A stretch of 64,000 bases of DNA from Aquificales bacterium. GTDB lineage: Bacteria; Aquificota; Aquificia; Aquificales; QOAS01. Numbering within the stretch: position 1 is the first letter of the stretch; each line of letters opens with the position of its first letter. This document shows, in pieces, positions 1 to 11,969 of the stretch. Below the pieces are notes generated by a model. The model had not been told where the DNA came from and searched no databases. It worked only from the letters and a program-made list of their open reading frames with translations. The stretch covers positions 6,788 to 70,787 of the forward strand of contig JALWDU010000092.1 in the NCBI GenBank assembly GCA_027036735.1, read 5' to 3'. A program made the translations under genes and the position numbers.

Positions 1-1595
<1,595 letters not shown>

Positions 1596-1615
1596 TTAAA
1601 AGAAAAAGGTCTCCA

Positions 1616-4600
1616 TTAGAAAAGGCTTTTCTTCTCCTCTTCCTCTTCCCTGACCTTAACCTGGTCGCAACCTATCGATTTACCTTCGTCGAAGTTGATA
1701 CACCTAACGTCGAGGGCAAGACCCTTAAGCTCCCTAACGAGAACTTTAAACGATTCGGGTAGACCGGGAGTGTAGACATATTTACCGTTTACTATAGCCT
1801 CGTAAACTTTCGTCCTTCCCTCTATATCGTCGGACTTAACGGTCAACATCTCCTGGAGGGTGTAAGCCGCACCGTGGGCTTCGAGAGCCCAAACCTCCAT
1901 CTCACCGAGACGCTGACCACCGAATTGGGCTTTACCGCCCAGGGGCTGTTGGGTTACCAAAGAGTAGGGACCGGTTGCCCTGGCGTGTATCTTGTCGTCA
2001 ACCATGTGGATTAGCTTGAGCATATGCATGTATCCGACGGTAACCTCCATATCGAAGGGTTCGCCGGTTCTTCCGTCGTAGAGGGTAACCTTTCCACTTT
2101 CGGGCAATCCCGCCATTTTGAGGAGGGTTTTAATCTCCTGCTCCTTGGCACCTTCGAAAACGGGAGTAGCCATAGGCACGCCTTTCTTGGCGTATTCCTT
2201 AACAACCTCTTTGAAGCTATCGTCGTCAAGGCTATTAAGCCATTCCTCTATCTCTTTGGCGAGTTTTCCGGTTCTATCTCCCACCGAATAGATTTCCACA
2301 ATACGTTTAGTAATCTCCTCGCGGTTTAGACCCTTTTGGAGCATTTCGCCGAGCTGTTCGCCCAGCTTTTTGGCGGCAAAACCGAGGTGGGTTTCCAGAA
2401 TTTGACCGATATTCATACGGGAGGGAACACCCAGCGGGTTGAGAACTATGTCGACCGGTGTTCCGTCTTCGAGGAAGGGCATATCTTCGACGGGTAGGAC
2501 TACCGAGATAACACCCTTGTTTCCGTGCCTACCCGCCATTTTGTCACCGACTTTAATCTTCCTCTTTTGGGCTATATAAATCTTAACGAGGGTATTGACA
2601 CCCGGTTTCAACCCACCCTTTTCGAGCTGTTTCCTCTTCTCCTCGTAAATTCTGTCGAGAACGCGGGTTTGCAGCTTAAAGCGTTCAGTTATCTCGGAAA
2701 TCTTCTTAAGTATCTCCTCGTCCTTTATGAACTTCTTGGGGTTGAGGCTGATAATGGGGAGAACCCTATCGATGTTTTCCTCGGTAATCTTTTCACCCTT
2801 TTTGAGGATAACGGCGTTACCCACCTTTAGGTCTTCCTCTATCTCCAACCCCATTAGGAGTTCCTTAAGAACGATATTCCTTCCCTCTAGGAGGAGTTTC
2901 TTCCTCTCCTCGTATTCCCTTTCGAGTTTTTCCTTCTCCTCCCTTATAACGTCCTGTGCGAGTTTGTCCTTATTGGCTTTATCCTTCCTAACGAAGACCT
3001 TAACGTCTATAACGACACCTTCCAATCCGGGGGGACACCTTAGGGAGACGTCCTTTACGTCCTTACTCTTTTCGCCGAATACCGCCTGCAGGAGTTTTTC
3101 TTCGGGGGTTAGCTGTCCCTCCTCTTTGGGGGCAACCTTACCGACCAAAATATCGCCCGGTCTGACATAGGTTCCAACCCTCACTATACCGTATTCGTCC
3201 AGGTGGGCTATAGCCTTTTCGGAAACTCCGGGAATGTTTCGGGTTATCTCCTCATCGCCGAGCTTGGTTTCCCTGGCTTCGGCTTCGAGCTCCTCTATGT
3301 GTATGGAGGTGTAAACGTCCTCCTTGACGAGCCGCTCCGATATAACTATGGCGTCCTCGAAGTTGTAACCCCTCCAGGGCATAAAGGCTACGAGGACGTC
3401 TTTACCGAGGGCGAGTTCACCCCTCTCGGTGGAGTATCCGTCGGCTATAACCTCACCCTTTTCGACCTTCTGACCGGGTCTAACAATCGGCTTCTGGTTG
3501 AGACAGGTGTCCTGGTTGGTTCTCTGGAACTTTTTGAGCTCGTATATGTCGATACCCAAATCGTTGGGGTTATTGAAATCTATCTCATCCCTGTTGACGC
3601 GGATAATTATCCTATCGGACGTAGCCTCTTCGACCACCCCTCCCCTCTTGGCAACAACTACGGCGTGGGAATCCCTGGCGATAACCTTTTCCATACCGGT
3701 GCCCACTATGGGAGAGCTGGTCTTTATCAGGGGCACCGCCTGACGTTGCATGTTCGAACCCATCAACGCCCTGTTCGCGTCGTCGTGCTCGAGGAAGGGT
3801 ATCAGCGACGACGAGGGCGAAACCACTTGTTTGGGGGATACGTCCATGTAATCGATTTGTTTCGGATTGTTAATGATGTGGATATCGCTCTTCCACCTTA
3901 CGAGGATACGGTCGGAGATGATATTTCCCTCCTCGTCGGTGGGGGAATACTGGGCTATAAACTTATCCTCCTCCTCGTAGGCGGCGAGCCACTCAACCTC
4001 GTCGGTAACCTTTCCGTCCTTAACCTTTCTGTAGGGGGTTATTAGGAACCCATACTCGTTGAGCTGGGCGAAAACGGTCGGGGAGGTCACCAGACCTATG
4101 TTCTGACCCTCGGGCGTTTCTATGGGACAAATCCTTCCGTAGTGGGAGGGGTGAACGTCACGAATTTCGAACTTCGCACTCTCCCTTGTAAGACCGCCGG
4201 GTCCCAGGGCGGACATACGTCTCTTATGGGTTAGTCCGGTTAGCGGGTTGGTGTGGTCGAGGTATTGGGAGAGCTGTCCGGTTTTGAGAAAGTCCATTAT
4301 GGTGGAGGTGATGTGCCTCGGGTTTATCAAATCCTGGGGTCTCAGGTCGGGGTTTCCGGTATTCACTATATTGGCTTTATCGCGGAAGCCCCTTTCCATA
4401 CGGGCGACGCCCATACGGGCTTGAGCCTCGAGCAGTTCTCCGACGGGGCGCACCCTCCTGTTTCCGAGGTGGGCGACGCTGTCGGTCTTATCCCTTTCGA
4501 AGCGTAGGTCTATGAGCTTTTTGACAATAGCGACGAGGTCATACCACTGCAGGAAGCGGGCTTCGTCCTCGGTGTAGTCCTTGACCGGTATGGGATTGAT

Positions 4601-6175
4601 TCCTGTCTCGAAAAGTTTCTCCGCCAACTCCTTGGTTACGCGGGTTCCCTCTCTGTAAACCTCTCCGTTTACCTCTATATCCTTGGCGAGGGCGAGGGGA
4701 GGTATCTTGTCGAGAATTTCCACATCCTCGGGGCGCAGCTCTTTGGGTAGCTTGTGGGCGCGCGCGTTGAGCTTAACCCTACCGACGTGGGATAGGTCGT
4801 ACCTGTGGAGGTCTGCAAAGTAGGCGCGCCAATAGTTTCTAGCCCTTTCGGCGAGGTTTTCGAAGGTGAGGGTTATCGGCTCCAGGGGACGCAGCTTTTT
4901 GTATATCTCGATTTTTGCGTAATCGGCAAAGCTAAATCTTGCGGGAACCCTAACGGGAGAAGCGTTTTCGGGAGACTTTACGGTGGTTTCCTTTATAACG
5001 GTTTCGAGGGGTATCTTAGCCCAGGGGGATTTGGTCGCCTCGTTGTTGGACACCGCGGTGAGGAAAACTATTTCGTAACGGTCGTCCGATAGGAGTCTCT
5101 TGAGCTTTCCGATATTCTCTATATGGCGCTCCTCGATGAATTCCTCCTCGGTTTGGGTATCCTGAACGAAAGCCTTATACCTTATTAGGGCAAATAGATT
5201 GTAACCTTCGAGGTCTTCGAGGGTGAATTCCTCACCGGTTTCGGCATCGACAAATGCGCCGTCTTGGAAAAAGAGCTTTTTGGTTCCCGGATAGAACTGC
5301 TTCAGTATGTCGTAGGCGGTTTCCAAACCCCAAGCCCTGAAGACGAGGGAACCGCCCAATTTCTTCTTGTTAAGCCTGGCGTAAAATTCATCGGAGGTCG
5401 AAGTGAGTTCGAACTCAACCCTTATACCCTTGTCGGAAACGACCGAACCCCTGTATATCTTTCTGGCGATGGGACCCTCTTTAGCCCTATCCTCCTTAAT
5501 TTCGTAGAAGAGACCGGGAGACCTGATAAGCTGGTTGATTATTATCCTCTCGGTTCCGTTGGTTATAAACGTTCCCTCTTCGGTCATTAAGGGAACTTCG
5601 CCAAAGTACACCTTGCGGGGGGGTCTAACCCACCACCTTACCCCGTCCTTGTCGACCTCTATGTGTCCCTTACCCTTGGGGGGTTCGAAATTCTCGTCCT
5701 CCACGCGGGTGGCAACCTGCAAGAGAACCCTTAAAGCTGCCGAATAGGTCAATCCTTTTTCCTTACACTCTTCGGGGGTATAGGGTTTTTTCCAAACGAG
5801 GTATATCCTCTTATTCTCCTTTTCCAAACAGCGGGGGCAAATCTCTCCGGGACCGCCCAACTCGGTTTCGCCCGGTTTATAACCGCAAACGGGACACTCC
5901 CAATCCCCTATCTCGTATCCCAGATATCTGAGTTCAACCCTCTCGTTGGGGTCTCTTAGGGGGAAGGTAACCCTAAAGAGGTTCTCCAAACCGGTCTGTT
6001 TCCTCTGCTTGGGATTTACATGGTCTTGGAGAAACCTCTTATAGGAATCTTTTGGTATCTTTAACAGATAAGGTATAGGAACCAGGGTCTCTTTGGAACC
6101 GAAAAACTTCCTGGGAAGGGCTTCGTTGGGTTTGAAAACCCTCTTTTGGTCGGTCATAGTGTTGTTACCCCTCAT
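1616..6175 (-). CDS. rpoB: DNA-directed RNA polymerase subunit beta (1519 aa, with lineage-specific insertions)
   Basis: Long ORF with hallmark beta motifs ([65 protein letters not shown]). An alternative ATG is at 6157. Confidence 0.97.
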   Translation of the reverse strand: MRGNNTMTDQKRVFKPNEALPRKFFGSKETLVPIPYLLKIPKDSYKRFLQDHVNPKQRKQTGLENLFRVTFPLRDPNERVELRYLGYEIGDWECPVCGYKPGETELGGPGEICPRCLEKENKRIYLVWKKPYTPEECKEKGLTYSAALRVLLQVATRVEDENFEPPKGKGHIEVDKDGVRWWVRPPRKVYFGEVPLMTEEGTFITNGTERIIINQLIRSPGLFYEIKEDRAKEGPIARKIYRGSVVSDKGIRVEFELTSTSDEFYARLNKKKLGGSLVFRAWGLETAYDILKQFYPGTKKLFFQDGAFVDAETGEEFTLEDLEGYNLFALIRYKAFVQDTQTEEEFIEERHIENIGKLKRLLSDDRYEIVFLTAVSNNEATKSPWAKIPLETVIKETTVKSPENASPVRVPARFSFADYAKIEIYKKLRPLEPITLTFENLAERARNYWRAYFADLHRYDLSHVGRVKLNARAHKLPKELRPEDVEILDKIPPLALAKDIEVNGEVYREGTRVTKELAEKLFETGINPIPVKDYTEDEARFLQWYDLVAIVKKLIDLRFERDKTDSVAHLGNRRVRPVGELLEAQARMGVARMERGFRDKANIVNTGNPDLRPQDLINPRHITSTIMDFLKTGQLSQYLDHTNPLTGLTHKRRMSALGPGGLTRESAKFEIRDVHPSHYGRICPIETPEGQNIGLVTSPTVFAQLNEYGFLITPYRKVKDGKVTDEVEWLAAYEEEDKFIAQYSPTDEEGNIISDRILVRWKSDIHIINNPKQIDYMDVSPKQVVSPSSSLIPFLEHDDANRALMGSNMQRQAVPLIKTSSPIVGTGMEKVIARDSHAVVVAKRGGVVEEATSDRIIIRVNRDEIDFNNPNDLGIDIYELKKFQRTNQDTCLNQKPIVRPGQKVEKGEVIADGYSTERGELALGKDVLVAFMPWRGYNFEDAIVISERLVKEDVYTSIHIEELEAEARETKLGDEEITRNIPGVSEKAIAHLDEYGIVRVGTYVRPGDILVGKVAPKEEGQLTPEEKLLQAVFGEKSKDVKDVSLRCPPGLEGVVIDVKVFVRKDKANKDKLAQDVIREEKEKLEREYEERKKLLLEGRNIVLKELLMGLEIEEDLKVGNAVILKKGEKITEENIDRVLPIISLNPKKFIKDEEILKKISEITERFKLQTRVLDRIYEEKRKQLEKGGLKPGVNTLVKIYIAQKRKIKVGDKMAGRHGNKGVISVVLPVEDMPFLEDGTPVDIVLNPLGVPSRMNIGQILETHLGFAAKKLGEQLGEMLQKGLNREEITKRIVEIYSVGDRTGKLAKEIEEWLNSLDDDSFKEVVKEYAKKGVPMATPVFEGAKEQEIKTLLKMAGLPESGKVTLYDGRTGEPFDMEVTVGYMHMLKLIHMVDDKIHARATGPYSLVTQQPLGGKAQFGGQRLGEMEVWALEAHGAAYTLQEMLTVKSDDIEGRTKVYEAIVNGKYVYTPGLPESFKVLVRELKGLALDVRCINFDEGKSIGCDQVKVREEEEEKKSLF

Positions 6176-6318
6176 GGTTAGAAACGCAACCTATTAATTA
6201 TAAATCGGATGGGTCGATTTTTCAATACTAGGGGTAAATTTTATATATTATACCCCCACATAGGTTTTTCAAGGTTTTTAAGCCCAAAGGGTGGGAAACA
6301 CATAAAGTAGTCTTTTCC

Positions 6319-6954
6319 ATGCTCCTATCGGTGTGCGAGATATACTCCACCATCCAGGGTGAGGGATTTCTAATAGGTTCGCCGATTACCCTCGTGAGGT
6401 TCCAGGGGTGCAACATCTACTGCTCTTGGTGCGATACGAAATACGCAATTCCCTTTAGAGAAGACCTACAGATACCCCTCGAGGAGGTTCTGAAAAAGCT
6501 CTCCTCCATAGGGAGGGAACACATCTTAATCACCGGTGGGGAACCCTTCGCCCACCCCGTGTTGGGGGATTTTGCCGAAATCCTCATAAAAGAGGGGTAT
6601 TTCGTCCAAATAGAGACCAACGGAACCCTGTGGCAGAGCAAATTCGAGAGCCTACCGCGGGAGCGCTTTTACATAAGCCTATCCCCGAAGTATTCGGTGG
6701 ACTACAAGATAGACCCAAAATTTAGCCGCTACGCGGACGAACTCAAGATGGTCGTGGATAAAAACCTAACCCCCGAGGTGTTGTTAAGGAAAGAATTCCT
6801 CCCCCTGGTGGAGCAAAAGAAACTGATACTCCAACCGGAGGGAAATAGGGAGGAAAACGTCCAAAGGGCGTTGGAGTTGATAGACGAACTCCTAAAAAGG
6901 GGATACTACGCGAGGCTTATCCCCCAGATGCATAAGCTAATAAATCTCCCTTAA
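6319..6954 (+). CDS. queE: 7-carboxy-7-deazaguanine synthase (radical SAM)
   Basis: 211 aa. N-terminus EIYSTIQGEG plus cluster motif CNIYCSWC (C-x3-C-x2-C) is typical of QueE. Confidence 0.82.
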   Translation: MLLSVCEIYSTIQGEGFLIGSPITLVRFQGCNIYCSWCDTKYAIPFREDLQIPLEEVLKKLSSIGREHILITGGEPFAHPVLGDFAEILIKEGYFVQIETNGTLWQSKFESLPRERFYISLSPKYSVDYKIDPKFSRYADELKMVVDKNLTPEVLLRKEFLPLVEQKKLILQPEGNREENVQRALELIDELLKRGYYARLIPQMHKLINLP

Positions 6955-7164
6955 ATGGAAAGGGTTTTGGAGGAATTCGGCAAGTGGTTTTTAAACCTAG
7001 CCCTCGCTTTGGCGATAGGTCTAATTATTCAACCCCTGGCGAAGGAAAAGTTCGACTTTGGAGTTGCCCTAAAAACCTTCGCCGTTATAGGTATTCTCCT
7101 TGCATTCGGTGGAACCTTTCTTTATTTATCCACTAAAGTGGGAGGTAGCAAAGATGACATTTGA
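6955..7164 (+). CDS. small membrane protein (2 predicted TM helices)
   Basis: 69-aa ORF starting 1 nt after the queE stop, with hydrophobic segments LNLALALAIGLII and FAVIGILLAFGGTFLYL. Confidence 0.4.
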   Translation: MERVLEEFGKWFLNLALALAIGLIIQPLAKEKFDFGVALKTFAVIGILLAFGGTFLYLSTKVGGSKDDI

Positions 7165-7264
7165 AGACGTGGTTCTCTTTATAGGTGTCTTTGCCACCCT
7201 TGTGGGATTTGTGGTTTTAGCCCTCGCCCTTTGGGAGATAAAGAGAAAGAGAACAAACCCTTAA
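7154..7264 (+). CDS. possible 36-aa single-TM peptide
   Basis: My translation is MTFEDVVLFIGVFATLVGFVVLALALWEIKRKRTNP. A GGGAGG sits 8-9 nt upstream of the ATG. The ORF is too short to be sure. Confidence 0.25.
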   Translation: MTFEDVVLFIGVFATLVGFVVLALALWEIKRKRTNP

Positions 7265-8184
7265 GGGGTTTTTAAGGTTATCTCCGTTCCCACCCCCTCG
7301 TCGGTAAAGATTTCCAGCAGTATCGAGTGGGGGAGCCGTCCGTCGACTATGTGAACCTTTTTAACGCCTCCCTTTAGCGCCTCTACCGCGGAGCGGACTT
7401 TCGGTATCATGCCCCCGCCTATTGTGCCGTCCTTTATAAGTTCCTCAACCCGGTCGTCCTTTAACTTCTTTATGAGGTTGCCGTTTCTATCCTTTACCCC
7501 CTCGGTGTCGGTTAGGAATATAAGCTTTTCCGCCTTGAGAGCCTTGGCAACCTCGGCGGCGGCTATATCGGCGTTTATGTTGTAAGCCTCCCCCTCCTCT
7601 CCAACCCCTATGGGAGCTATTACCGGGATATAGTTTTGCGCTATCAAAACCTGCAAAAGACGGGTGTTTACCGACGTTATCTCCCCAACCAAACCTATAT
7701 CCGCCGAAGGCGGCTCTATACCCAATTTTTCAACGAAATAGCTCCTATCGATTTTCCGCGCCCTTAGGAGTCTCCCGTCCCTACCGGAGAGCCCGACGGC
7801 GTAGACATCCTCACCGGAGTGTTTGTTAATAAGGGCGACGATATCTTTGTTTATATCGCCGCTAAGTACCATCTCGACAATGTGCATAACCTCTTCGGTG
7901 GTCTTCCTTATTCCCCCGACAAATTCGACCTCTATACCCAGCTGTTGGAGCATTCGGTTTATATGCTTCCCCCCTCCGTGGACTATAACGGGATTTATCC
8001 CCACAAGTTTGAGGAGAACGACATCCCTCGCAAAGGTCTCGCGCAGTTCCTCGTTCACCATTGCCGAACCGCCGTATTTAATGACAAAGGTGCGACCGCG
8101 GAATTTCCTTATATAGGGGAGCGCCTCCAAGAGGACTTCCGCCTTTTGGATAAGCTTTTCCACCATCGGGTTCTTATCTTCCAC
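7261..8184 (-). CDS. argB: acetylglutamate kinase
   Basis: ALPYIRKFRGRTFVIKYGGSAM and VIVHGGG motifs. The track start at 8184 is GTG; an ATG at 8166 is an alternative. Confidence 0.92.
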   Translation of the reverse strand: MEDKNPMVEKLIQKAEVLLEALPYIRKFRGRTFVIKYGGSAMVNEELRETFARDVVLLKLVGINPVIVHGGGKHINRMLQQLGIEVEFVGGIRKTTEEVMHIVEMVLSGDINKDIVALINKHSGEDVYAVGLSGRDGRLLRARKIDRSYFVEKLGIEPPSADIGLVGEITSVNTRLLQVLIAQNYIPVIAPIGVGEEGEAYNINADIAAAEVAKALKAEKLIFLTDTEGVKDRNGNLIKKLKDDRVEELIKDGTIGGGMIPKVRSAVEALKGGVKKVHIVDGRLPHSILLEIFTDEGVGTEITLKTP

Positions 8185-8253
8185 AAAGACCTTTAAAGGG
8201 TGAAAGAGTGGAAAACCTCATGGGGGACTCGGTTTAAACAACCTACCCTTTAA

Positions 8254-10331
8254 GTGATGGGGAGAAAACCGAACCGCCTTATAAGGGAGAAAAGCCTATA
8301 TTTGAGACAGCACGCGTATAACCCGGTCGATTGGTACCCCTGGGGAGAGGAGGCTTTCGAAAAAGCCCGTAAAGAGGATAAACCCCTCTTTATCTCCATA
8401 GGGTATTCCTCCTGCCACTGGTGCCACGTTATGGAGAAAGAGAGCTTCGAAGACCCCGAAATTGCGGAAATCTTGAACAAATACTTCGTTCCCGTAAAGG
8501 TCGATAGGGAGGAGCACCCCGATGTGGACGCCTTTTATATGGATGCCTGCATAGCCCTAAACGGACACGGCGGCTGGCCTCTCACCGTTTTCGCCACCCC
8601 CGATAAAAAGCCCTTTTTTGTGGGAACCTACTTTCCCAAAGAGAGCCGTTGGGGTCGCCCGGGATTGAAAGAACTCCTGCTCTATATAGCCGAACTCTGG
8701 CAAAAGGACAGGGAAAAGCTCCTCTCCTCGGCGGAGAAAATCTTAAAAGCCCTCCGGGAGAGGAGGGATTACGCCCCACGCGGGGGAGCGAGCTTATCGG
8801 AAGATGTTTTGCACCTCGCTTTCGAACAGCTAAGGGCTATGTTTGACGAGGAGTTTGGAGGTTTCGGCGAAGCCCCCAAGTTTCCCACACCCCACAAGCT
8901 TATGTTTTTAACCCGCTACCACTACAGGTATAAAAACGGAGAAGCCCTAAAAATGGTCGATAAAACCCTCCTCCAAATGAGGTTGGGAGGTGTATACGAC
9001 CACTTGGGGGGAGGATTTCACAGGTATTCCACCGACAGGTATTGGCTTCTGCCCCACTTTGAAAAGATGCTCTACGACCAGGGGATGCTCATTTTCGCCT
9101 ACACCGAAGGGTATCAACTCCTAAAGAGAGACCTCTACGGGGAAACGGTGGAGGAGATTGTCCGCTATTTGGAGAGGGAAATGCTTTCCCCCGAAGGGGG
9201 ATTTTACTCGTCCCAAGACGCCGACAGCGAGGGAGAGGAGGGCAAATACTACACCTGGAGCTTGGAGGAACTCAAAGGTGTCTTGACCGAAGAGGAGTTC
9301 CAAATAGCAGTTAAAGTTTTCAATATCCACCCCGAGGGGAACTATTACGAAGAAGCCACCGGTAGGAGGACGGGAAGGAATATCCTCTATATGAAAAAAC
9401 CGACCGAAGACCTTTCGGAGAAACTAAACATTCCCAAAGACCGCCTGGAGGAACTCCTAAAGGGGATTAAGGAAAAACTCCTTAGGGAGAGGGAAAAGAG
9501 GGTTAAACCGGCTACCGATACCAAAATACTGACCGACTGGAACGGTCTCGTTGTAGCCGCACTCTCCTATGCGGGGCGACCCTCGGTAAAGATAGATGGA
9601 TAGAAACCGCCCGGAGGGCGGCGGATTTTATTTTGGAAAATCTATCCACCCCCGAGGGGAAACTCTTCCACCGGTACGCCGACGGAGAGGTTAAATACGA
9701 CGGGACTCTCGACGATTACGCCTACACCATTTGGGGACTTCTCGAACTCTACAAAGCCACCCTTGAGGGGAAATACCTAAAAAAGGCACTCCTCTTTGCG
9801 GAGTATCTAATAAAACACTTTTGGGACGAAAAAAACGGGGGATTTTTCCTTACGGCGGATTACAAAAAAGATATTCCCCTCCGAAAGAAGGAGTTTTACG
9901 ACGGCGCTATCCCTTCGGGGAACTCGGTTGCGGTTTATACCCTCATAAGGCTCGGTAGAATTTTGGGAAGGGACGACCTCGAAAACTACGGCAGACGCAC
10001 CCTCGAGGCGATGGCGCCCCACATAGCCCGCGCACCGGTAGGCTACACCTTCGCCCTTATAGCACTCGACCTCGCCGTAAACGGGTCTAAAGAACTTTTC
10101 ATAGTCCCCGCAAAGGACGACGATAGCTATAGAGACCTACTAAAGGAGATAAATCCCAAATTCCTCCCCGACCTGGATTGGTTGAAAATAGATGAAACCG
10201 TAAAAGGTTTGTCGGAATTCCTCAAAAACCTCCAACCGAAGGGTGAAAAAACGACCTATTACCTATGTAGGAACTACGCCTGCGGGCAACCTACCGACGA
10301 TTGGAAAGGAATTCTGAAGGAACTTCTTTAG
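8254..10331 (+). pseudogene. thioredoxin-domain protein (DUF255/YyaL-type) interrupted by a -1 frame change
   Basis: ORFs 8254-9603 and 9633-10331 are the N- and C-terminal parts of one ~680-aa protein. The N-part reads ..[29 protein letters not shown]. The other frame is open from 9507 and reads [24 protein letters not shown].. The switch must lie between the G4 run at 9573-9576 and the stop at 9601-9603. Confidence 0.8.
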
Positions 10332-10361
10332 GTTTTTTCCTTTCCCACAACCCCTTGGAGG

Positions 10362-10670
10362 TTAGAGCAAACGGACTCCACCCCTTTTGGCGGTCTTTGC
10401 AATTTCATCGTCCGCGCCGGGTTTCCTAATAATGAGGTCTATCCTCTGTTCGCCGATTCTATCCTCGAGTCTTACCAAAAAGGTGAGTTTTTTATCGAGC
10501 ATATCCCCTTTGAAAGGAACTTCGATATAGAGGTCTATATCCCCACCCCGTTTGGTTAAATCGGTTCTCGAGCCGAAAAGCCACACCTTTACCCCTTCCC
10601 CAAAAATCTCTTTCGCTACCTCCCTTATAGCCCTTATCTCCTCTTCCGTTAGGCGAACCTTTACCTTCAT
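10362..10670 (-). CDS. minimal nucleotidyltransferase (MNT/MntA-like antitoxin)
   Basis: 102 aa with the LFGSRTDLTKRGGDIDLYI motif (GS..x..DxD). ATGA overlap with the upstream HEPN ORF. Confidence 0.8.
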   Translation of the reverse strand: MKVKVRLTEEEIRAIREVAKEIFGEGVKVWLFGSRTDLTKRGGDIDLYIEVPFKGDMLDKKLTFLVRLEDRIGEQRIDLIIRKPGADDEIAKTAKRGGVRLL

Positions 10671-11107
10671 TTGAGGATTTTTTCTATTTTCTGAACGATA
10701 CCTTCGAGGGTTTCTACCTCTTCCAATGCCCTTTTAACGGCTTCCAATTTAAGTTCCGTCTCCCAAGGGTAGAGGTGGACGAATTCGTTCCTTAACTTGC
10801 GTAGCTTTTTCCAATACTCCGCGGACGGTATTACCCCATACTTTTCCAACGTGTTTAGGATATCGATAAAGGTTACCTCCGTTCGGTCTCTCCCGGTGAG
10901 TATCTCAAATAGGAGGGGAAAGAGTTTCTCACCCAACGCACTTTGGAGTTTTATAAATCTAAAGATAAACGCGTCGAGTAGTATTAAAAAATCCCTATCC
11001 TCCAACAGGTCGGGAGAGAGTCCCTTCTCCTCTATACGTTCCCGTTCATACTCCACCAAAGCGAGGTGGGTTTTTACTTCTCTCAGTATCCACTTGGGGT
11101 CTTTCAT
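10667..11107 (-). CDS. HEPN-domain protein (DUF86/HepT-like toxin)
   Basis: 146 aa. LRNEFVHLY matches the R-x4-H HEPN motif as found in DUF86. 4-nt overlap with the MNT gene. Confidence 0.7.
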   Translation of the reverse strand: MKDPKWILREVKTHLALVEYERERIEEKGLSPDLLEDRDFLILLDAFIFRFIKLQSALGEKLFPLLFEILTGRDRTEVTFIDILNTLEKYGVIPSAEYWKKLRKLRNEFVHLYPWETELKLEAVKRALEEVETLEGIVQKIEKILK

Positions 11108-11150
11108 AACGCAACCCCCGAGGGGTAAGGGTTAAATTAAATAACCCTTT

Positions 11151-11603
11151 ATGGGTTTTTGGGAGATTCTCTTTTTACTCCTCGTATTGGCGACCATAGG
11201 TTTGGGAGCTTACGCCTTTTACAGGTGGAGGAAATTTAAAAAGCTCCTCTCCTACACCAAGGAGATGGTCGGCAAACGTGTTGAGGATTTGGTAAATATC
11301 CCCTCCCTCAAAGGGGTTCAGGTTCCCATTAATATCCCCAAAAAGGGGGATGTGGTTATCTACTTTTACGGGGCTAAGTGTAAGTTCTGCCCCAAACAGG
11401 AGGAGGAACTTAAAAAACTTCCCAAGAATGTGAAACTGTTCAAGTTCGACGTGAGAACCCGCAAGGGGAAAATTACAGCCGCCATATTCAGGGTTGCCGT
11501 CTTACCCTCGGTTATCGTTTTGAGGGACAGGGTTATCAAGGGATACTTTACCGGTTTCGTTACGGCGGAAAAGGTAATAGAAGCGTTAAAGGGGAAGAAT
11601 TAA
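11151..11603 (+). CDS. membrane-anchored thioredoxin-fold protein
   Basis: N-terminal TM segment [19 protein letters not shown] plus CKFC (CxxC). Confidence 0.55.
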   Translation: MGFWEILFLLLVLATIGLGAYAFYRWRKFKKLLSYTKEMVGKRVEDLVNIPSLKGVQVPINIPKKGDVVIYFYGAKCKFCPKQEEELKKLPKNVKLFKFDVRTRKGKITAAIFRVAVLPSVIVLRDRVIKGYFTGFVTAEKVIEALKGKN

Positions 11604-11908
11604 GCCTCCGCGGTTTCCTCCGCGGTTTCAAAAGTTTTCGCCCTTTCGAGTATCTTTACCACAACCCACCTTTTGGTTTTGGAAAGGGGTCTGGTCTCCC
11701 TGATTACCACCTTGTCGCCGACCTTGCACTCGTTGTTGGGGTCGTGGGCGTGGTATTTCTTACTCTTTACAACGGTCTTTCCGTAGAGGGGGTGGGGGAA
11801 CTTCCTATCGACCTTAACGACAACGGTTTTATCCATTTTATCGCTAACAACTATGCCGACAAGCTCCCTTCTCCTCTCGTGCCACTGCCTTTCCCTTCTT
11901 TCAGCCAT
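11600..11908 (-). CDS. rpsQ: 30S ribosomal protein S17
   Basis: [66 protein letters not shown] is a classic S17 core. Confidence 0.9.
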   Translation of the reverse strand: MAERRERQWHERRRELVGIVVSDKMDKTVVVKVDRKFPHPLYGKTVVKSKKYHAHDPNNECKVGDKVVIRETRPLSKTKRWVVVKILERAKTFETAEETAEA

Positions 11909-11969
11909 TATTCTCCTCCAAATATTTTGGGTAGAAAACCGAAGAGGAATATTTTAAAGCAAAACCCCG

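Noticed and set aside
2011-5747. Many 60-280-aa ORFs on both strands inside rpoB, with similar ones inside sucC/sucD, rnr, serS, eno, cas3 and the WD40 gene
   Set aside because: They overlap well-supported long genes, have low-complexity or odd composition, and carry no motifs. They are typical shadow ORFs.
6176-6318. Possible preQ1 riboswitch upstream of queE
   Set aside because: I could not find the conserved preQ1-I/II core or a convincing hairpin plus A-rich tail. A covariance-model scan would be needed.
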